64,000 nt of DNA from an uncultured Hormoscilla sp. (lineage in GTDB: Bacteria > Cyanobacteriota > Cyanobacteriia > Cyanobacteriales > Desertifilaceae), in the NCBI GenBank assembly GCA_963921275.4, contig OZ001293.3:800001-864000 (forward strand), in the 5' to 3' direction. The notes beneath the pieces were generated by a model. The model worked only from the letters and a program-made list of their open reading frames with translations. It did no database searches and was not told the DNA's origin. Below, piece by piece: positions 34,848 to 46,901 of this stretch. How positions within the stretch are numbered: the stretch's first letter is position 1; each line of letters opens with the position of its first letter. A program made the position numbers and the translations under genes.

Positions 34848-36683
34848 GTGCGATTCGTTCTAGCCTAACGTAGTCAAACACGGAACGCTAGTCTAGGAAA
34901 CTAGAAACTCTGGTACTCATTATTGTTAAATTCCCCTCCCTCAAGTGCGGGGGTGACACCGGTCCTCAATGCGGCGGAGCCACATCGCCGTGGTGTTAAG
35001 CGAGGACTCAAATGTAGGATAGCTGGTAGCCTAAGCCGGCAACTCCGCTAGGAAAGATGTATATGGCCAGAACAAGCAAACTCATGTAAGCCTCGTAACC
35101 ATCAACCAGCGAAATAAGGCTTTAAGCGCTGGCCCAAAAGGGGAAGTAGTTAGGGCGTGTCATCAGTTAAGCCAAACAACAGTAGCAGCCAGGTAGATAG
35201 CACCCAAGAAATTCTGAGCCCTCTTATCGTAACGGGTGGCAATGGCTCGATATTGCTTGAGTTTGGCAAAAAAATTCTCAATCAAATGACGTGCTTTGTA
35301 TAGATATTTGTCATAACGGCGTTGTTCTTTTCGATTGGATTTAGGCGGAATCACAGGTTCGCATTGCTGGGCTTCAAGACGTTTCAAAACCCGTTCGTCA
35401 GCATCAGAAGCTTTGTCTGCGAGTAACGCATCAGCCTTAATATTATCAAGTAACACATCAGCCCCTTCCAAATCGTGAGCTTGACCGGCTGTTAAATGAA
35501 AACCCGTTGGGTTCCCCAATGCGTCACAGGTCGCGTGAATTTTGGTACTCAAACCCCCTTTACGGCGTCCGATGGCTTGGTCGCAATCTTTTTTTTGAGC
35601 ACCTGCACTATGTTGATGAGCCCTTTATATCGTGGCATCAATCATCGCATATTCGTTATCGGCATCGGACGCAAGTACCTTGAATACTCTTTCCCATACC
35701 CCGGATTTTGACCACCTACTATGGCGCGTATGAATTACCCTCAAGTCCCCAAATCGCTCGGGTAAGTCCCGCCAAGGTATCCCAGCTCTATATCGATACA
35801 AGACAGCATAGACAAATAAGCGGTTATCCTTAGCTGTCCCCCCCACATAACCCTCCCGACCTGGCAATAGGTCCCTGATTCTCTCCCACTGGTCATCTCT
35901 TAAAGCATAGCGACGCATTTCTCAAATTCTCCTGCTCTAACCTTTACCCTCTTAGATCACACCAATATATCCTGGTTGTCAACTCAATCATCTTGTTATA
36001 TATTTTTGGTGGGGACCCATATCGTTAATCTAACTGATGACACGCCCTAGTATTGGCTCTTTGATTTTGGGCCAATATCGTACTCAAAGAACTGCCGGGG
36101 TAAAGTGAGGGCCTAAAGACATCGTGAAATGATACCGGGGAACGAAGTAACCCTACGTGTGCTGTCCGTCAGGACCAGTCAGATGTGCGTCCGCGTAGCG
36201 TGCGCGCAGCGCATAGCGCACGCCACGTATGGGAGAGATGGCCCGAGAAGCTAATGCCTGGGCGACGTCTGGAGCATGCCGCGTCCTTCAGGACAAGAGC
36301 ATGCTCCAGACGTCGAAGGTGTCTGGAGCATGCCGTATCCCTTGCGGGAGCGCCAGCCGTGTCCTTCAGGACAAGAGCATGCGGAAGACGCCGAGTAATG
36401 CCCACGGATACGCAGACGCGGGTCGGTGATATTAGGAAACTACTGATGCAAGTAGCCTTAAGACGTCATAAGCCCGTCCATATTGTGGATGAGGAATGAA
36501 TATCAAGGGGCAAACGTGTAAGTAGCAAGGGACAACGGGAGTAATCCTTAGTAATTCTACCCATGATTTGGGCCTGATACCCAGTAGCCGTGTGCGGTGA
36601 AAGTCGCATGCACGGTTCCGTTCGCGCAGCGTGGCGCAGCCATACGGGAGGGTTGAGAAGTGATTCTCAGCTCGACCCCTAAT
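34848..36683 (+). mobile_element. ORF-less group II intron carrying an IS5 and several micro-repeats
   Basis: GTGCGATTCG start; D5 AGCCGTGTGCGGTGAAAGTCGCATGCACGGTT; ends CCCCTAAT. Confidence 0.9.
35153..36047 (-). mobile_element. IS5-family element, two-frame transposase
   Basis: TIR GGGCGTGTCATCAGTTA; TA duplication; WRDLPERFG and YKARHLIENFFAKLKQYR motifs. Confidence 0.92.
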
Positions 36684-36758
36684 CAGACGAGCGAGAAAAT
36701 GAACCTACAATTCCCTGGAAAGAAGTGAAACGATCTCTAGAATCGAAGAGGAAGTTAA

Positions 36759-36970
36759 GTGTCTGATTATCCGATCATTTTTACGCGGTCTGCTCAAAAA
36801 GAACTGAATTCACTACCAATTGAAATCAGTAGTAGACTCAGTTCCAAGATTGATGCTTTAGTCAATGAACCCCGTCCTGTTGGCTGTCTGAAGTTAAAGG
36901 GTAGACAAAACCAATGGCGAATTCGGGTTGGCGATTATCGAATAATCTACAGCATTGATGATGATACTTT
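36759..36970 (+). pseudogene. RelE/ParE-family toxin interrupted by an antisense intron (resumes at 39391)
   Basis: PRPVGCLKLKG..WRIRVGDYRIIY; continues FIIHILV after the intron. Confidence 0.8.
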
Positions 36971-39390
36971 ATTAAACTAAGCCAGTACGTCACCGTACCG
37001 ACTCGTCTTCAAAACCGGACGTGAGACTTTCACCTCATCCGGCTCCTCAGTTTCGTCATCCTTGTCATGGATACGGCCTTTGCTGCCATCCCTGGCAGAT
37101 TTATAATCATGGCAGTAGTCGTGCAGCAACTGTAGGTTGGAGTACCAGTCCTTACCTCCCAGTGAGGTTGGCAGGATGTGGTCCACTTCCCATTTGTCGC
37201 CGTCCTTAAACGTTAGTCCGCAATGCTGGCACTTGCCATCCTGCCTCTTGAGCAGGTTAATCACTCTCATGCTTACGTCCGGGCTCTTTCGTAATCTCTG
37301 GCTCCAGTAGACTAGGTTACCGTCAAGCGGGCTAGCTGTTCCCTTTACCTTTGTGTGTCTGATTATTTCAGTTTCAGAGTGCCGGATTAGCTTTATTTCT
37401 CCTTTCTTGGATTTACCGATGAACCTCCACCGGTCCTTACCGGTCATGGCCCAATAATTTTTGGCAATCCATTCGCCCGATTTATTGGGATGCCTTCTCT
37501 TTGCCCATTGCCACAGCAGCTCCCATAGGTAGCTATCCATGTCGCTGTAAGTTTCCTTACTTACCACCGTCTTGAAGTAGTTGCTCCATCCCCTTATCAT
37601 TGGGTTTAGTTTGACTATCAAGGCTGTCTGTGGTGCCGATTTATGGCGGCGAACTATCTGTGATAGTTGCTCTTTATGATTCCTAATGGATTTATCGCTA
37701 GGCTTGATTAGGGTCTTGAATCCTAGGGGGGTTCCGTTGCTGAGTTTGCCGCTTCTGTGTTTCCCTACTTTGTATTGTCGGATATTGAACCCTAGGAAGT
37801 CAAATCCGGGGTTTTCTCCTTCCAGTGTGTGGGATATCCTGGTTTTCTCGGCTTTTAGCTCTAGTCCTATTCCCTTCAACCACTCCTCAATCACTCCTTG
37901 TGCTCGCTCAATCATTGACCGGTCATCGTGCATTACCACAAAATCATCGGCGTACCTGACTATCGTTAGTTTCTTTTCCTCTCTCTTTGTGCGGGCAAGA
38001 CTCATCACTACCTTTTCCAACCCATGTAGGGCTATATTGGCTAGCAATGGTGATATTACTCCGCCTTGAGGAGTTCCGGCTTCTGTGTCCTGCCATATTC
38101 CCTGGTCCATCACCCCGGCTTTTAGCCATGCCCGTATCTATCTACGGATTGGTGATGTTGTATTCAATTTCTCTAGGAGCGCTGAGTGGTCAATTTTGTC
38201 GAAACATTTCGCAATATCCGCATCTAACACCCATTTTGGTTTCTTGTTGGTGCTGGTGAATATCGTTTCGATCGCATCGTGGCATCCCCTTCCTGGTCTG
38301 AATCCGTAGGAATTGGCTTCCATGTACGCTTCCCATTCGGGCTCAAGCGACTGTTTGACCAATCCCTGAAGTGCGCGGTCGTGCATCGTCGGTCTTCCTA
38401 GTGGCCGCTTTTCGTCCCTTCCTGGCTTAGGTATCCATACACGCAGTGTAGGTTTCGCCTTTGCCTTCCTGGATACTCTGAGCTGACTTACCAGTTCCAG
38501 TCGCTGCTCCATAGTCAGTGCTTTCACACCATCCACACCAGCCGCATTCTTTCCTTGGTTTTGTTGTGTTACCTGTCTCACCGCTATCATCTTCGTGGAC
38601 CATGACCTATTTAGTAACCCTTGGAGCTTGCGAACTTTCCGCTTGTTGCCTTCCTGTGCCGCTCTGTAAATTCGCTTTTGTAGCTTGAAGACATGGCTGG
38701 CGCCACGCTAGCGCGATCGGCGCTCCAGCTCCTGCCAGGGCACCTCCTTCCATTCATACTCTTGCTTTTCGGCTAAGTTCCGTGACATATTAACTACTAC
38801 TCACAACTTCACAATTGACAAAACCGTGAGGGCGTCAGCTTATCCCATCCATTACAGATAGGCGTTTGCTTCTCCACTCAATCTTTCCCAGCTATGACCT
38901 GCCAAATGAGAGCAGATGTTGCGTCTTTGGTGACTACTCCATCTATCGACCGGTGATGGAGAGTGCCTAGCTGGGTTACTTCGTTCCTACAGATGATTAA
39001 TCGTAGTTTTAGATGGATTCTATATGCCGGGTTTGTTGTCAGTGCTTATTAGTCGGATTACAACCGCTAATGACCATTATCCTTTCCCTTTTGGGCCAGT
39101 GTCTCAGCCTTATTACACTGGTTGATGTTGACGACACTTATGAACCTTTGCTTGCGCTCATCATGACTACTTGCTCGACGATGACCGGTTTAGGCTACCA
39201 GTTAGAGCGCCTTTCCTTCCCGCTTTACGGATTGATGCCATCGCTACCGTCGGGAGGATGCTGTCACGAGAGCACATGGAGGGGTGGGCTTTCACCACCA
39301 TCATCTGTAAGTTGTCAGGGCTATTGAAACCCTGCTAGCGGTCCCCTTTCTTGACACGTGTCAAGTCATTTTACCCTAAACGAATCGCAC
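36971..39390 (-). mobile_element. Group II intron with RT ORF
   Basis: GTGCGATTCG at 39390; D5/D6 ending GTTTAAT; EBS1 TGTAAT pairs with exon end ATTATA. Confidence 0.92.
36977..38788 (-). pseudogene. ltrA: Group II intron RT/maturase/HNH with two premature stops
   Basis: YADD and HNH intact; TAG inside a 24-nt micro-insert near 38710 and TAG at 38138-38140. Confidence 0.9.
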
Positions 39391-39689
39391 TATAATACAT
39401 ATCCTGGTGTGTTAAGCTCAAATTCTATCGGACCATCCCGGCCTACGGTAGCGATCACCTCCCGCCAGTAGGTCAGCTTCGTAGTCCGGGCTCGCTGTCT
39501 CCCGACCCTTAGGAGCACAAAAGGGGAGACACCGCCCGCCTGTCAGTCGGCGATGTCTGAGGGGTGCCTGCGTTGCATCCCGATTTTTCGCGCAGCGTAG
39601 ACATCGAAAGCCGATCGCGCCAGAAGGCGGGTCAGCCATGCTTGTAGCTAGTGGAGCGGCGGTTGAACGCCATCCTTGTTGCTATACTA

Positions 39690-40701
39690 ACCTAAGTTGC
39701 GACCTATTAAAAAAAATATGAATTACCCACTTAGACTTTACAGATATTTGGGATATTTCGTAGCTTTTGATACAAAATTATATTTTTTTTGTGCTAGACG
39801 GCGGGTTGGCTGTTTATAGGTTATAATGTACTAAAATAATAGTTAATTGCTGGGGGATGTAGATGATGGAAGATATGATTACAACAATTTTTGTTCTTTG
39901 TGACGAGCTACTAAAAGCGTTAAATATAAAAGAAGATCCACAAGTAAAAATGAACAATGCCGAAGTGATGACAGTCGGATTAGTTGCTGCATATTTTTTC
40001 GGAGGACACCACGATCGCTCTTGTCAATTTATGGTCCAACACAAGTATATAAAAAATCTGTTAAGTAAAAGTAGGTTCAATCGTCGATTACACAATATTG
40101 ACGAACCAATTTGGATGTTTTTCTTCCAAGTTATAGCTCAAACATTTAAAGAGCTCAATCCGGGTCAAGAATATATTCTTGATAGTTTCCCGGTGCCAGT
40201 ATGTGATAATATTAGGATTGATAGATGCCAAATTTATAACAAGGAAGAATATCGAGGGTATATTGCCAGTAAAAAACGTTATTTTTATGGATTAAGAGTT
40301 CATATGTTGGTAAACAAAAATGGAAAGCCAATAGAATTTTATCTAGATACTGGTAGTTATAATGATTTTAAAGTTTTGCAATCTTTTGGCTTTGACTTAC
40401 CATCAAATTCAATAGTTTATGGAGATAAAGCTTATAATGATTATCAATTAGAGGATTTACTAAAAGAGTCGTCAAGTATAATGTTAAAACCTTTGCGAAA
40501 AAAGAACTCAAAAAGAAAAGAATATTCTTGTTTTGAATATATACAAAAAGTAACAAGAAAACAAGTTGAAACCTGTTTTAGTCGAATCACCAATTTGTTT
40601 CCCAAGTCAATTCATGCTGTTACATCTAAGGGATTAGAGTTGAAAATAATTCTCTTTATCATAGCTTTTTGTATCCAATTTTTATAGGTCGCAACTTGAG
40701 T
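39690..40701 (+). mobile_element. IS982-family element, apparently intact
   Basis: TIRs ACCTAAGTTGCGACCTAT / ATAGGTCGCAACTTGAGT; 7-bp TSD TATACTA; AT-rich. Confidence 0.92.
39863..40687 (+). CDS. IS982-family transposase
   Basis: LDSFPVPVC, YFYGLRVH, YGDKAY, RKQVET motifs. Confidence 0.92.
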   Translation: MMEDMITTIFVLCDELLKALNIKEDPQVKMNNAEVMTVGLVAAYFFGGHHDRSCQFMVQHKYIKNLLSKSRFNRRLHNIDEPIWMFFFQVIAQTFKELNPGQEYILDSFPVPVCDNIRIDRCQIYNKEEYRGYIASKKRYFYGLRVHMLVNKNGKPIEFYLDTGSYNDFKVLQSFGFDLPSNSIVYGDKAYNDYQLEDLLKESSSIMLKPLRKKNSKRKEYSCFEYIQKVTRKQVETCFSRITNLFPKSIHAVTSKGLELKIILFIIAFCIQFL

Positions 40702-40837
40702 TATACTAGCAGAGTATCCCTGTTCTGCTCGCAGGACGTTCCGCTAGCGCAGCTAGCGAAACGCCTTCAGGTAAGTTATATCTAATATCAGATCCCATAC
40801 CCCATTTGTCGCTCAAACTATTCATCCCTCACGCATT

Positions 40838-41161
40838 ATGAGTAAAGTTGTTAAACAGGTTCAACTCTCTGGGATTTTAGACAAGACTAAAGCACCTCAA
40901 TTTCGCGCAGACATTACTAAAATTGTCCTTGCTGGGGCAGATGTCGTGCTCATCGATCTTAAAGAAGTGACTTTTGTCGATAGTTCTGGCTTAGGTGCTT
41001 TGGTGTCAGCCCTGAAAACTGTTCGTTCCTCTGGCGGTAAATTATGCATCTGCTCAATCAATGAACATGTGAGAATGTTGTTTGAATTGACCAGTATGGA
41101 CAGGGTGTTCGACGTGTTTAAGAGTCGGGAGTATTTTGAGCAGCAGGTGGTATGCTCATAA
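40838..41161 (+). CDS. STAS-domain anti-sigma factor antagonist
   Basis: VTFVDSSGLGALV. Confidence 0.92.
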   Translation: MSKVVKQVQLSGILDKTKAPQFRADITKIVLAGADVVLIDLKEVTFVDSSGLGALVSALKTVRSSGGKLCICSINEHVRMLFELTSMDRVFDVFKSREYFEQQVVCS

Positions 41162-41411
41162 GATAGCCATTCAGTTATAAGCAAGAGTACAGAGCGCAAT
41201 TCCTATGGTTTACAGGTATTTCCTACTGCTCGAAGGCTTTACTGTGTTAATGCCTATGTTGGTGGAGCCCGTCGATCCCAATGGCTCAGACATAGGCTTA
41301 CTAACGCGGGAATCCCGGAATCCCGAAGCAGTATCACTTGTCAAGTGATACTGGTTGCTGATAGACTAGGCTACAAGCTGCAAGCATGGCTGCGCCCCCA
41401 GCGCAGCGCTA

Positions 41412-43499
41412 TCAGACAAAGTTAATTTGTAGTAAAGATAAATCATCATTTAAGGCTTCTTTAGCGCTCAAATTCTTGATGTGTTGTAACACCAGATCTA
41501 GATTATTGGTGTGGTTGGGCGGTTCGAGGACGCTCACCGCAAGTGGCTGGGATGCCAGTAAATTAGTGAAAGCATCTAGACTCCAAATGCTGCCATCAGA
41601 CTGACAAATCTCGTAAGCTCCATCGCTGAAAACATAGAGGGTGCTGTTGGCGACAATCTGACATTGATAAGAGACATATTCAGCTTCGGGGAACATACCT
41701 ACCGGAAGACCGGGAGTTTTCAGGCTTTGAACTTGGTTGTCTTTTCCCTGGTTCGGAGAAAGTAAGATGGCTGGTGGATGACCTGCGCTCACGTAAACCA
41801 GTTTGCTATCGCTCTGGTTATAGGTCGGGGTCGAGCTGGGAATCACTCCCCAACCCTCCAAGAGCGAAACCTGAAGAGCGACTGGAACCGCACACGGCTA
41901 CTGGTTGGTAAGCTGTTGTCATCAGTAGGATTACTGGGGGTTACCCCCGTTGTCCCTTACCCTTTGAAATTTTACCCCTTATGGTCAATCCTATTGGACC
42001 GTTTAAGTACTGAGCTGCGGAAGGTTCGCGGAGGATAGTTCAGCAAACCATACTCGCCGCTCTTTACTAACATCTTCCCCATTCTGCTTTCCGCTTTTCG
42101 TAAGGGCTCTGAACTTTACCTGGCTAAGATTTGAATCCAAAATTCGTACTTTCGGAATTTCTCCCTAGTTCTGTGACATTAAGGTTACTTTTCCCAAGGG
42201 TGTCTTACCATATCCGTCCTACGTCTGCATATCCACAGGCATTACCCTGGGCGTTAGCTTCTTAGGACATCCTTCTTCTTCGTGGCTTGCGCTTTACATT
42301 TAACTTGTCCAAATGGGGACAGCTCACGAGAGGTTACTTCGTTCCCTAGTATCATTTCACGATGCTTTTAGGTTCCTACTATACCCCGGGAGTTCTTTGA
42401 GTACGTTATTAGCCAGAGGCAAGAGCTAATACTAACTACCATTTCCCTTTTTGGGCAAGCGCATAAGCCTTCTTCCGCTGGTTCAGGTTAACGAGGTTTA
42501 CATAGGTTCGCTTGTTCTAACCATTAGCATCTTTCCTAGCGGCGTCACCGGCTTAGGCTGCCAGTTATCCTACATTTAAGTCCTCGGGAGGCACCACGGC
42601 GATGTGGCTCCGTAGCACCTCCGACCGGTAGTACCCTCGACCCCCGTACCTGGGGAAAGGGAATTTAACCCCCATGATAACCAGAGTTATCTGGCTGATA
42701 GAGCCAGACCCGACTTTCACCTACTGGCTTATGCCGGAACGAATCGCACTACCTCATACCAGATGGTAAAGTATTTATCGGTTTGGGTATTCATCTGAAA
42801 TTTGTCATTTAATGCAGTCAGAACCCGAGCGGGTTCTGAGAAATTGACGCCAGAAAGGGATTGCGATCGCAACACATTCAGCACCGAAACTGATAACAGG
42901 GCTGAGCCTACCCCATGACCGGCGGCGTCTACTACATAAATCACCAACTCATGGGAGTTTAACCAGTAGTAATCAAAGCAATCTCCTCTTAGCTGCCGCG
43001 AGGGGATAAACCGGGCATCGATCGTCACCTTTCCGGTTAAGGAAGAGGGCAGGAGACTGCGGACATAATCAGCAGCCTCGGCCAATTCTGCCTCCATAAT
43101 TTTCTTGGCGGTTTGCAAATCTTGGTTCAGCTGGTGCAACCGGAGTCCAGCTCTCACCTTGGCCCTTAACTCATTCATCTCCACAGGCTTAGAGAGAAAA
43201 TCATCCGCCCCCGTATCCAGTCCTTCAACCCGGTCCTCTACCCCTTCCCGGGCTGTCAACAGTACAAAAAATGTTGTCGCCAATTCCGGATCCGCTTTAA
43301 TGTGATGACAGACTTCCAGTCCATCCATGCGAGGCATCATCCAGTCACACAGGATCAGCGCCGGTCTAATTTCTCGGGCTTGTTGCAATCCCTCTTCGCC
43401 GTTGGCTGCCACCATGACATCGTATCCCTGATTTTTCAGTGATTTGGTCAGTACCAACCTAAACAGCGGATCATCTTCTATAATCAAAATTTGATACAT
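41412..43499 (-). CDS. Response regulator + PP2C/SpoIIE phosphatase (RsbU-like), exons 43499-42750 and 41822-41412, 386 aa if spliced
   Basis: REC domain, DAAGHG, SAGHPP, SDG, DDLS; splice junction FTIWYEV|YNQS is in frame. Confidence 0.85.
41823..42749 (-). mobile_element. ORF-less group II intron (927 nt), sense to the host gene, degenerate D5
   Basis: GTGCG start, CCCCGACC end; EBS1 TGCCTC pairs with exon end GAGGTA. Confidence 0.9.
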
Positions 43500-43851
43500 G
43501 TTACCTGGCGTATAAATAAATTAATTGCTTGACTTGCAAGACCTGACTCTGTATAATCTAACAGACTGGGGGTTCGCTTCGGTCCGATACGAAGTGCGCT
43601 CCCTGTAGCGACGTTGGACGTGTATTGTGTAGCCATAGCCATCAGGATAAAAGATCAACTCACTTGGTTACTCTTCTACAATCTATGTTACGATCGATTT
43701 TATCAATTAAGTCAAATATCTGTGCTCGTCGTGAAAGCTAAACTACGCGGAAAATCACTCTTCAACCGATGGGGAGAACGGGCAATCAGTCGGCGATGTC
43801 TGAGGGGTTGCCTGCGTTGCATCCCTCAGACATTGAAAGCCGTGCGCAGGG

Positions 43852-44319
43852 TTGGAAAAATTGACTAAGCAAAAAAAAACCCATCTTCAAGTTCCTTCAG
43901 ACCTAAAGGCCTTAGACCAAGTGTTGTCGTGGTTCGATCGGTTGATTCATAGCACCATTGACAACGCAACTTGGATGGAGTGTAAAACAGCGTTTGCTGA
44001 AGGTTGGACTAACGCTGCTCGCCACGGTCACAAAGCTCTCCCCCCGAAGACGTAGATAGATATCGAAGTCGCGATTTTCCCTCAATCGATAGAAATTAGG
44101 ATTTTCGATCGAGGACCGGGCTTTGATTTAGAGCACAAGCTCCAAGAGCGCAAAGCTCAAATCAAGCCCGAAGATGATCTAAGCGGACGCGGTTTGTTGC
44201 TGATAGCGGAGATAGCAGATAGGTTAAGTTATACCCGGACAGCAGATAACCGAAATTGCCTATTATATATCAAACATTGTCATATATCACCGAAAGGAAC
44301 AGATATAGACTGTCGCTAA
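43852..44319 (+). pseudogene. Anti-sigma factor kinase (HATPase_c_2), in-frame TAG at 44053-44055
   Basis: AEGWTNAARHGH before the stop; IFDRGPGFD and GRGLLLI after it. Confidence 0.85.
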
Positions 44320-44685
44320 AGTTGGAAACGATAGGTAAAGATGCTCCACTTTCATGGTTCTTGGTCATTCACCAAAGCAGGCCAAAAGCACTCTTCACGC
44401 GGCTGTCAGGCTGATAGCGCTGCGCTGGGGGCGCAGCCATGCAAGTTGGGTGGTGCAAGCCATTTGAACAAACTCAAGGGTGACAAGGCGAAAATATCAG
44501 TCAATAGAAAACTGCTTATCAGAAGGATAATCAAGAGCGCTCCTAACATAAGTTCTCATCCTCCTTTTTTGATGTATTGTGAATGGTTAATTGTTGGTGA
44601 CAATATCGATTTGTGGCAATTCGTAATTTTAAAGTAGTGTTATTATAGCATGTCAATGCGATTTGGACAATCAAGATTAACCTAA

Positions 44686-46683
44686 GAGGCTGTTTGAAAA
44701 GTTTGTGAAGGTATAAAATTAAGCTAAGGGTCGGACCAGAAGTCGAATCATAGCAATATAGACCATCACATAGGGATGTTTACCGAAGGTGTTCATAATC
44801 TTTGCTCAGTCTACGACACCAATTGAGCCAGCCAAAAGTCCGTTCAACAACGAGCGCGTTTTTTGAGCAATACAAACTCTCTTCGGGCCGCAGCACAACA
44901 AGAACAACCCAGCGCAATGTATCCATGACCCATTGCAGAAAAGGATTACCGCACTCCGCCCCCATCGACCCAAATTAAATTTTGACGACTGACTTTCTCG
45001 CCCATAAGCTTGAACTTTCTCCAATACCTGTTGTCCCCCCGATGCTTTCTCGTTCTGGAACACGCTTCTGCCGTCACCAAAACGCGCAAGACCGATAATT
45101 AATCAATCAGTCCCTTAACCTTTTTGCCTGCATCAAAACCAACTATGGCTGCGCCCCCAGCGCATCGCGTAGCGTAGCGATAGCGTGCAGCCATGCGCTA
45201 ACGGAATGCACCATTGTATCAGTGGCAACACTTTGGCTATCCAGAATCGCGAAGGCAAGGACTTTCCTCACGACCAGCAGCAACGCGGGTCCAACTGTGT
45301 AATAGATCCCTAATAGCGTAGTGCCTAAGAGGTGCCAATGGAGAAAATAAGTGTAAACCCTTTGCCAAGCAGGAAAATCTCAAGGGTTCGTCCCGCCATT
45401 TACATCCTTGGGTAACCACATAAAAAATGGCATAATCGACGGATCACATACAGACTTGGAGGGGCAGTATCACTTGCCGATGTCTCCCGGGTTTTCGCCG
45501 TGCGTCCGGGAGACATCGGAATGCGTGATAATATTTTAGATCACGCAATTGTCTTGTGATACTGGGACGGCCTCCCGGTTTCGCCGTTCGATGTCCCCCA
45601 GAGGGGACGCGCTATTCGCACTACCCCAGAGACATCGCGGAATCAGTGGTTCAATCAATTCATACTAGGGCGTGTCATCAGTTAAGCCAAACAACAGTAG
45701 CAGCCAGGTAGATAGCACCCAAGAAATTCTGAGCCCTCTTATCGTAACGGGTGGCAATGGCTCGATATTGCTTGAGTTTGGCAAAAAAATTCTCAATCAA
45801 ATGACGTGCTTTGTATAGATATTTGTCATAACGGCGTTGTTCTTTTCGATTGGATTTAGGCGGAATCACAGGTTCGCATTGCTGGGCTTCAAGACGTTTC
45901 AAAACCCGTTCGTCAGCATCAGAAGCTTTGTCTGCGAGTAACGCATCAGCCTTAATATTATCAAGTAACACATCAGCCCCTTCCAAATCGTGAGCTTGAC
46001 CGGCTGTTAAATGAAAACCCGTTGGGTTCCCCAATGCGTCACAGGTCGCGTGAATTTTGGTACTCAAACCCCCTTTACGGCGTCCGATGGCTTGGTCGCA
46101 ATCTTTTTTTTTGAGCACCTGCACTATGTTGATGAGCCCTTTATATCGTGGCATCAATCATCGCATATTCGTTATCGGCATCGGACGCAAGTACCTTGAA
46201 TACTCTTTCCCATACCCCGGATTTTGACCACCTACTATGGCGCGTATGAATTACCCTCAAGTCCCCAAATCGCTCGGGTAAGTCCCGCCAAGGTATCCCA
46301 GCTCTATATCGATACAAGACAGCATAGACAAATAAGCGGTTATCCTTAGCTGTCCCCCCCACATAACCCTCCCGACCTGGCAATAGGTCCCTGATTCTCT
46401 CCCACTGGTCATCTCTTAAAGCATAGCGACGCATTTCTCAAATTCTCCTGCTCTAACCTTTACCCTCTTAGATCACACCAATATATCCTGGTTGTCAACT
46501 CAATCATCTTGTTATATATTTTTGGTGGGAACCCATATCGTTAATCTAACTGATGACACGCCCTAGTCAAGGGGACGATTACTGGTGTATGCGCTCGCGT
46601 CATGGCTCACAGAGGGCTACTGAGTTCGTATCGGACGCATACGTGAGCTTTTTTACTCCCCTTTTCACTTTTCAAACAGCCTC
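44686..46683 (-). mobile_element. Decayed IS5-family (IS1031-like) element hosting another IS5 and micro-repeats
   Basis: TIR GAGGCTGTTTGAAAAG; TAA duplication; VVERTFGWLNWCRRLSKDYE. Confidence 0.85.
45668..46563 (-). mobile_element. IS5-family element, near-identical to 35153-36047
   Basis: Same TIR and TA duplication; one extra base in the slippery run. Confidence 0.92.
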
Positions 46684-46901
46684 TAATAAACTGGCACCAT
46701 CGGATAAATAATCGCGATCCAGTATCACTTGGCATGACGTGATTTAATAGATCGCGCATGTCAAGTGATACACAGCCGCCCCATGGAATCATTGTCAACA
46801 TAAGTATAATTGCCAAGAGAAGCGGAAAGCGAGATTTTCTTCATAGCTAGAAGTTCGCTAAGATCGACACAGGTTTGTTTCGCCACAATGTGGATATCCT
46901 A

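Larger units (their letters stand above)
34629..36766 (+). pseudogene. Putative antitoxin split by an intron (34629-34847 + 36684-36766), with an upstream frameshift
   Basis: Intron removal gives ELWEDVYDGLI-A-DERENEPTIPWKEVK; overlaps the relE start. Confidence 0.7.

Noticed and set aside
24545..38788. DGR or retron reverse transcriptases
   Set aside because: Both RTs have maturase and HNH domains and lie within complete group II intron RNAs
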